The notes below the pieces were generated by a model. That model made no database searches and had not been told where the DNA came from. It was given only the letters and a program-made list of their open reading frames with translations. Shown piece by piece: positions 57,980-64,000 of a DNA stretch of 64,000 nucleotides. Numbering within the stretch: position 1 is the first letter of the stretch; every line of letters begins with the position of its first letter. The DNA is from an uncultured virus (IMG/VR IMGVR_UViG_3300042989_000017) (taxonomy: Duplodnaviria; Heunggongvirae; Uroviricota; Caudoviricetes), in IMG/VR virus record IMGVR_UViG_3300042989_000017; one strand, written 5' to 3'. The position numbers and the translations under genes are program-made.

Positions 57980-58083
57980 GGTGAACTCTCTTAATTCGTG
58001 TGTTTTAAAAACCTGTGGTTGTGTAAGTGTATCTTTGTTAAACTACAAGAACAACCACTTTTTTGTAACTTCGGAGAACAACT

Positions 58084-58872
58084 ATGGCGGGCAACGCTAA
58101 AAGTATTGATTTCTTAGTCGGCACTGCCACCATTATGTTGGGGCTTCCTGCTGACTTACGCGATTTTCGTCCTGAGACTCACTCCATTGGCTTAGTTAAA
58201 AACGTCAAGTTAATGGCTGAGGCAACTTATATTGAATTAACTCAAGGTATCCGTAACTCGATCGTTCACTCGATTAAAACAGGTGAGCCAGTTCGTGCTT
58301 CTGCCGAAGTTTACGAGTTTAATGCTTCTAACTGGAGCTATGCTCTAGGCTTTAGCGGTTACAATATTGTAAACACTGAACTCGAAACAACTGTTACGAC
58401 TGCTGTCGCTGCTTCTTCTTTAGGTACAGATACCTTTGACGTAACCTCAGCAACAGGTTATGTGGTTGGTGACTACGCAATGATGCAGGTAGGCTATGAC
58501 GACGTAGTTATCCCTCGCCGTATTACTGCAACGACCTCGACAACTGTGACTTTCGATGCTCCGATTAAAAACGTAGCTGTTCCTATTGGCGCGAAAATTC
58601 GTCGCTGCTTAGTTGTTCCTGTTGGTCGTAAGTCTGAGCAACCTTTCTTAGCTATGAAAATTGTAGGTAGTACGGCTGACGGTCGTGAGATTGCAATTGA
58701 GGTGCCGAAGTTGCGGGTTACTAAAGGATTTGACATTGTATTCCAGACTTCTGACTATGCAAACTTGCCGTTCGAGTTCACTGTCTACGATCAAGTGCCT
58801 TCTGACCCTCAGTATGCTCGTTTCCAAAATGAGTTCGATGGCTCCTCGGCCACTGTTTACACTACCCATTGA
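58084..58872 (+). CDS. Major tail (tube) protein
   Basis: 262 aa before the chaperones and TMP; DY.NLPFEF; followed by a terminator. Confidence 0.75.
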   Translation: MAGNAKSIDFLVGTATIMLGLPADLRDFRPETHSIGLVKNVKLMAEATYIELTQGIRNSIVHSIKTGEPVRASAEVYEFNASNWSYALGFSGYNIVNTELETTVTTAVAASSLGTDTFDVTSATGYVVGDYAMMQVGYDDVVIPRRITATTSTTVTFDAPIKNVAVPIGAKIRRCLVVPVGRKSEQPFLAMKIVGSTADGREIAIEVPKLRVTKGFDIVFQTSDYANLPFEFTVYDQVPSDPQYARFQNEFDGSSATVYTTH

Positions 58873-58904
58873 TGTGTTAGAGAGTCCTCCTCTAACCTTT
58901 CGGT

Positions 58905-58937
58905 AAACAAAACCCGCTTAAAGCGGGTTTTGTTTTT
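58905..58937. terminator. Bidirectional intrinsic terminator
   Basis: AAACAAAACCCGCT/AGCGGGTTTTGTTT. Confidence 0.85.
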
Positions 58938-58944
58938 AATCGGT

Positions 58945-59661
58945 TTAAGCGTTTAACACACTCTTTTTCCATTTGTAATTATAGCCACTCTTGTTTCCGA
59001 CAACCCATTGGTGGCGAACCGCAAAAGGTTTACCTTTATCAGTTGGTACCCACTCACTGTTGATCTTCGCCTGAAAGCCTCTTTCTTCTAACCATTGGTT
59101 CATTTTAACTGCTGTTAAACCTAAGCGTTTACCTAACTCGGTTGGCTCTACGGCTTCGTCTTCTAATCGGATCATGCCTTGAGCAGGAGCCAGTCGTAAC
59201 ATTTCGGTGAAATCAATGTGGTAAGTTAGTCTCGCACCTTTCACGGCTTCTACCTGTGCGAGATGGATTGGCACCTCGAAGAGGGTGGCTAACTGCATCA
59301 CCGCAGTAATGTGGTTAAGAGCCAAGTCGGTAGGGGTTCGAGGAAGCACAGGAGCGGAGGAGGCGGTGAGAGTTTTCAACTTCCCTAAAACAGTACGCCG
59401 AACAGCTTTAGATCCGCGCATTGACACTAACATACATTGGTCTTCTGTTAATTTAAAAACAGTTGACTCAGTATTGTTTGAATTTTGCACTACGAAACTT
59501 TCGTAGTGGTCTCCTTCAAGTTCATCCTGAATACGCGAGATAAAATCATTTGCCCTAATAACTTTTTCACCATGCTGTAGGCGAGCATTGTTTACGAGTT
59601 CCAGTAAGTCACGGCTGGACATAGTTGAGGTTGTTGCAGTTAAATCTTTCATCATCTTCAA
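58945..59661 (-). CDS. Second phage antirepressor-like protein (KilAC-like C-terminus)
   Basis: MSSRDLL...DF..RI.DEL, Q..LV.MR.SKAVR; PTELGK...W.PTDKGK, as in 2642..3385. Confidence 0.8.
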   Translation of the reverse strand: MKMMKDLTATTSTMSSRDLLELVNNARLQHGEKVIRANDFISRIQDELEGDHYESFVVQNSNNTESTVFKLTEDQCMLVSMRGSKAVRRTVLGKLKTLTASSAPVLPRTPTDLALNHITAVMQLATLFEVPIHLAQVEAVKGARLTYHIDFTEMLRLAPAQGMIRLEDEAVEPTELGKRLGLTAVKMNQWLEERGFQAKINSEWVPTDKGKPFAVRHQWVVGNKSGYNYKWKKSVLNA

Positions 59662-59670
59662 ATCCTAGAA

Positions 59671-59752
59671 ACAGAAAAGCCGTATTATCATAAGCTAGGC
59701 AGTGGAGGGTTAAGTGTGGAACCCAACTAGCAAGATAAAACGGCTTTTCTGT
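59671..59752 (-). ncRNA. C4/CI-like antisense RNA or attenuator hairpin, copy 2
   Basis: ACAGAAAAGCCGT/ACGGCTTTTCTGT, GCTAG/CTAGC, GGGTT/AACCC; unpaired ACACTTA and CCACTGC complement upstream TAAGTGT and GTAGTGG. Confidence 0.7.
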
Positions 59753-59804
59753 ACACTTAAAATACCCAATGTCTCGCCACTACGCTACCCATCAGATGTT
59801 TATA

Positions 59805-59833
59805 ATTGTAAACGCAAGAACGCCTAACGTCAA
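59805..59833 (-). promoter_or_regulatory. sigma70 promoter of the second C4-like unit
   Basis: TTGACG-17 bp-TACAAT. Confidence 0.8.
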
Positions 59834-59892
59834 TCGCTTAACAAAAATCGAACCACCTGTTACAATCAAACCTCACAAGAGAGGACAAACTT

Positions 59893-60264
59893 ATGACTAC
59901 CGCTTTAACCCAAACCTACACCGCGCCCGAACCTTTTTTCAATCTAACCAGTGGCCGAGAGTTAAAGATGACTTTTGGTATGCTTAATCGTCTCGCTCGT
60001 ATTGCGGGCAATGTTGAGACGTTAGGCATGGTGATGATTGACAGCGACCTCCAACAAGCCCTATTAAGCCAGTTGTTTGCCACCTATGACGCAAACGGTA
60101 AGCAAAGTGCTTTAGCGGACATTGATGACATTAACTGTTCAATGGAGGAGCTACTTCAATTGTTAGCGTGGGTGTTAGAGAGTCTAACCTATTTTTTTCT
60201 CAAGAATCTTCAAAACTCGGCGAAGATAGCGCAGCAGTACAAGCCCGAGGAAAAAGCACAGTAG
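59893..60264 (+). CDS. Tail assembly chaperone (gpG-like)
   Basis: Between tail tube and TMP; GAGGA RBS. Confidence 0.7.
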   Translation: MTTALTQTYTAPEPFFNLTSGRELKMTFGMLNRLARIAGNVETLGMVMIDSDLQQALLSQLFATYDANGKQSALADIDDINCSMEELLQLLAWVLESLTYFFLKNLQNSAKIAQQYKPEEKAQ

Positions 60265-60596
60265 AGTTTAAGGCTTTCCAATCTTGGTTTGGAAGCCTAA
60301 CCTTTCACGAAAGCGTGGCTTGGGCTTACGGTTGCTCTAAGAGCAACCTAAGAACAATCTACTGGAGTGAGACTTTTGAGGACATACAGTTAAAGCTTCG
60401 TTTCAAGGTAGGGGAGAAACAGATCGAAGCCTCCCAAATGTACGAAGCGATAGTGTCCGTAGCGTCTCAAGTCTTTGGTAGTGATGAGGGCAGCAACTCG
60501 AAGGACTTGAGTAAGGTCAAAGTAGCCGATCAGAACGTGGCCAAGACAAGCCATGAAGCAATCAATATGTTCAACGATATTTTTGGAAGGGGTTAG
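60192..60596 (+). CDS. gpT-like -1 frameshift extension of the chaperone
   Basis: Overlapping -1 frame ORF with no good RBS; T TTT TTT slippery heptamer at 60192-60198. Confidence 0.6.
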   Translation, partial: FFSQESSKLGEDSAAVQARGKSTVEFKAFQSWFGSLTFHESVAWAYGCSKSNLRTIYWSETFEDIQLKLRFKVGEKQIEASQMYEAIVSVASQVFGSDEGSNSKDLSKVKVADQNVAKTSHEAINMFNDIFGRG

Positions 60597-60599
60597 GGT

Positions 60600-63500
60600 A
60601 TGAGCGGTGAGAATGAAAGTAAGTTGGTGTTTGATACGCTTATTGGCTCTGACACCCTGACCAAAGTTCTTGATAAACAGTTGAATGTAGCAACGCTTCT
60701 CACCACTGAGCTTGGTAAGATTAAGAACCAAATAGCTGCTGCTAAAGCTCCATTAGACAAGGAGGGAATAAGCTTAGTTGGAATCTCCAGCCTTAGAACG
60801 ACTGTTGAGCTTTACCATAAATTACTTGAGGGTAAAGAAGCTGTAGCGAAGATGTCTACAGGTTTAGGGCTAAAAGGGGGGGATCTAACTACCCTTGAAG
60901 GTATGATTAACGCCATGCACAAGCTGGTTGGCGTTACCGAGAAATACTCGCAGCTATCTAATAAGAAGCTACAGCTCGCAGCCTTTGACGGCACTCTTAC
61001 CAAAGAGCAATTCGACCAGCATAAAGGTAACATCAACGCGCTAAAAGCAATTAACAAAGGCTATGCTCAAGGGCAAGCTCACCTTGATGGTGAGAGTAAA
61101 GAGCGAGCCAAACTTGGTATTAAGCTTGTTGAAGAACACACCGCCGCTTTAGGAAAACAAAACCAAGAAAGGATTGTAGGTGAACGTCAAACAGCAGCCG
61201 AGCAACGTAATCGAACGCTCACCGTAGCTCGACGTATCAAGGAAGGCAATTCCAGCACTAATTTTATTGGTCAAGCTTCCCCTCTTGAAGCAAATCAATT
61301 ACGGAGTAAGCTTCGCGTCGAGAGTTTAAGGGCTAACCTAACCCCCATTGAGCGCACTCGTATTGAAGCAAGCCTTGCTGCAACTTCCAGCCGTATCGAG
61401 TCTTTTAAAGCCCCTAAAGCTGCTGTTCCAGACCTAAGCTTCTTTAACAATTTAGGTAAGGGTTTTAAAGAGCAAGGTAATGCTCAGAATGCCTTAACAG
61501 ATTTAAGGGCAGCTTTATCTCACGCTAAGAAAACAGGTAACGCTCCTGAGCGTGAACGTCTATCAGCAATCTACGAAGAGGCTCGTTCGATTGTCTCTAA
61601 GAAATTCGCTCCTCATTCCCCCCACCAAGAGCGGTTAAAGCAGAGTCTGGAGTTAGCCAATAAAACCTCTAAGTTGAATCCTGAGCAATTAGCTTCGGTT
61701 AGCTCAAGAGATGTCGTTGCCCAGCACCTTCGCCTTAGTGCCTTAAGAGCTAAGGACTTACCTGAGGGGGAGAAGAAGGATGACGAGCATCGTTACCAAA
61801 GACAGTTAAGTTTACATGGTAAAGAACTGGCTAAAATTGATAAGCGTAGCTCTGAGACAAGACCTCATGAGGCAGATAAAGAGTCACCCACAGCCTACTT
61901 AAACCGAGCTAGACAGCATGGTGCAAACGAAGAAATAGCTAAAACTGATTTAGGCTTTAGAACTAAAGTTACAGAAGCGCAGCAGGCGGGAGCTTTAGCT
62001 GTTGAAAGACAGGCTCGTAAGAATAAACGCGATCAGGAGCTGGAAACACTAGCTAAGACACAATACTTAACGCTAAGTTCTCTGCAAGGTCTTACCCACG
62101 CTGAGATGGTTCAAGCTAGTCGAATTTTGAACTACCGTAAAAATATGGCTGTAGTGGCAGGTCAGGCTGACACCCTAAACATTAACTTATTAGATGAACT
62201 GTCGAAGCAAAAGACAGCTTTGAAAAAACAGACAAGGGAAATCGAAAAGGCGGCTGAACGCCAACGTAGGTTGGCTGCTGACCCAGATTATGCTGCAAAA
62301 TACCACTTAAAAAACCAAAAGGATGCTTTGGTAACAAACAGCTTACAAGATCGCATGGAAGGTCAACGAGTGGCCGATGCTCGTTTACGCACAAAAGCTG
62401 ATAATGACCGCATACATGATGAGGCACGTCGGAATGGCACTTACGCCACCGATGCAAGTCTTCGAGCCTTAACTACACCAAGACAGGTTCAAGATGCTCG
62501 TGATGCTTTGAACTACCAAAAAGGGTTAGGGACACCTGCGGAGGTAATCCATGCAAAGGATATGCTGCAACTTCTTGGTGAGATTCACGGCAAGGAGAAA
62601 GCTATAGCAGGCACTGACAACTTAATTGCTCAACTCGAGAAAACTCATTACCAAACCAAAGCTAGTCTTAATGGTTTGGGGCGTGAAGAGTTACAGCAGG
62701 CTATTGCTGTTCTAAGTTATCGGAAAAGTATTGCTACCACAGAGCAACAGCGAGCTGCTGCCCAAGGATTACTCAACACAGCAAACCAAGGTTATAAAGT
62801 TAACCCTGAGCATCAAGCCGAAAACCGAGCAGGTTCACGCGAACGTATCCTCGGTGATGCAGGCGCGAGTGTGTTAACCATTCAAGCAGGCTTGATGCTT
62901 AACTACAAACTCTTGGCAGGTATGCAGGGTTTGTTCAGCAACGCTATCGGTTCAGTGATTGAACTAGATTCCGCCTTCCGTCAACTGCAAGCGATTTCCG
63001 CTTCAACGAACACCGAAATGGTGTCGATGAAACAGAACCTGATTCTTGTCGCGCAGGCAAGTAAGTTCAGCGCGGCAGAGGTTGGCAATACGGCTGTATT
63101 ATTAGCACAAGCAGGCTACAGCGTTGGTGAAATTAGCCAGTCGATGAAAGGGATCATCTCCCTAGCTCAAGCTACAGGGACAGACTTAGGTAAGTCTGTT
63201 GACGTTGTTACCTCAGTGCTATCTGTGTTCAACAAAGGCGCGGGTGAGACTGCCCAAGTAGCTAACCAGTTAACTGAAGCGTTGAACAGATCGAAACTTG
63301 ACATCAACAAGATGGCGTTAGGTATTCAGTACGCAGGTAACATCGCTGCCGATTCAGGTGTGAGTTTTGAAGAACTCACGGCGGCTCTGGGCGCAATGGC
63401 CAACGCGGGTATTCGCAGCGGCTCGACCTTGGGTACTGGCACAAGGCAGATGCTCCTTGATCTACAGAAACCAAGTGAGAAGTTACAAGCCAGACTAACA

Positions 63501-64000
63501 GACTTAGGTTTGAGTTTAGATCAGGTTAACTCTCGTTCACAAGGTTTAGTGGGTGTTCTTGAGAACCTAAAAAACGCTGGCTTTACCACAGGAGATGCTT
63601 TTAAAACTTTCGAGGTGCGAGGAGCGGCCGCCTTTGCTGCCTTATCAGGTAACATGGAGGACTTTAACCAGATTAAAGAAAGCTTAAATGATACAACTGC
63701 GGCCTTCGACGCGAACGGTGTACAGCTAGAGGCTCTAGCTGTTCAATTAGACCATTTAAAATCGAACCTTGGCATCCTATCAGCCGAGGCCCTACAACCT
63801 GTTGCTGCCCTTGTACGGGACTTTGCAAAGGCTACTGCTCATGCGATGGAGAAGACAGAAGAAGGGTCAGGTACTCTACAGAAATTCGGTACGGTTTTAA
63901 TGGGGCTAACTGTGGCAGTAGCTGCGGGGTGGATGGCTAAACTGACTTTTGAGCTTTTCGGGTTACTTGGAGGACTATACAAGTTTCCCGCCGCTTTCGG
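60600..64000 (+). CDS. Tape measure protein (3' end outside window; absent from ORF track)
   Basis: ATG at 60600; TP901-type core from ~62.9 kb (SKFSA.EV...LAQAG, LA.ATG.DL, AGIR.GS..GT). Confidence 0.9.
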   Translation, partial: MSGENESKLVFDTLIGSDTLTKVLDKQLNVATLLTTELGKIKNQIAAAKAPLDKEGISLVGISSLRTTVELYHKLLEGKEAVAKMSTGLGLKGGDLTTLEGMINAMHKLVGVTEKYSQLSNKKLQLAAFDGTLTKEQFDQHKGNINALKAINKGYAQGQAHLDGESKERAKLGIKLVEEHTAALGKQNQERIVGERQTAAEQRNRTLTVARRIKEGNSSTNFIGQASPLEANQLRSKLRVESLRANLTPIERTRIEASLAATSSRIESFKAPKAAVPDLSFFNNLGKGFKEQGNAQNALTDLRAALSHAKKTGNAPERERLSAIYEEARSIVSKKFAPHSPHQERLKQSLELANKTSKLNPEQLASVSSRDVVAQHLRLSALRAKDLPEGEKKDDEHRYQRQLSLHGKELAKIDKRSSETRPHEADKESPTAYLNRARQHGANEEIAKTDLGFRTKVTEAQQAGALAVERQARKNKRDQELETLAKTQYLTLSSLQGLTHAEMVQASRILNYRKNMAVVAGQADTLNINLLDELSKQKTALKKQTREIEKAAERQRRLAADPDYAAKYHLKNQKDALVTNSLQDRMEGQRVADARLRTKADNDRIHDEARRNGTYATDASLRALTTPRQVQDARDALNYQKGLGTPAEVIHAKDMLQLLGEIHGKEKAIAGTDNLIAQLEKTHYQTKASLNGLGREELQQAIAVLSYRKSIATTEQQRAAAQGLLNTANQGYKVNPEHQAENRAGSRERILGDAGASVLTIQAGLMLNYKLLAGMQGLFSNAIGSVIELDSAFRQLQAISASTNTEMVSMKQNLILVAQASKFSAAEVGNTAVLLAQAGYSVGEISQSMKGIISLAQATGTDLGKSVDVVTSVLSVFNKGAGETAQVANQLTEALNRSKLDINKMALGIQYAGNIAADSGVSFEELTAALGAMANAGIRSGSTLGTGTRQMLLDLQKPSEKLQARLTDLGLSLDQVNSRSQGLVGVLENLKNAGFTTGDAFKTFEVRGAAAFAALSGNMEDFNQIKESLNDTTAAFDANGVQLEALAVQLDHLKSNLGILSAEALQPVAALVRDFAKATAHAMEKTEEGSGTLQKFGTVLMGLTVAVAAGWMAKLTFELFGLLGGLYKFPAAF

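Noticed and set aside
59769..59987. 72-aa ORF on +
   Set aside because: Spans two divergent promoters and overlaps the chaperone gene out of frame

Overview
The window is most of the genome of a long-tailed dsDNA phage (siphovirus-type), probably with a proteobacterial host. + strand 1-19.2 kb: family-A DNA polymerase (5'-truncated), an antirepressor, lambda-like tail-tip genes (M/L/K/I/J-like), tail fibres and lysis genes. - strand 19.2-47.5 kb: nucleotide metabolism, recombination and replication genes (dNMP kinase, MazG-like, SbcCD-like, exonuclease, SF2 helicase, adenine MTase, primase-helicase), many small early genes and a large control region. + strand 47.6-64 kb: terminase, portal, a - strand tRNA/ncRNA island, head and tail genes, and a tape measure gene running off the end. 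No integrase, repressor, RT or CRISPR array was seen. Four things stand out. (1) An attI-like site followed by three attC-like sites that bracket three antisense genes, i.e. an integrase-less integron cassette array inside a phage (19.54-20.85 kb). (2) A ~1.6-kb - strand unit (41.55-39.92 kb) behind a complete sigma54/IHF/enhancer promoter, in which both the ~790-nt leader and the 243-aa ORF are tiled with back-to-back hairpins. (3) Two covarying C4-like antisense-RNA modules, each upstream of an antirepressor gene. (4) A divergent DUF1874/AcrIII-1-like ring-nuclease gene. All calls were made by eye; no database searches were run.
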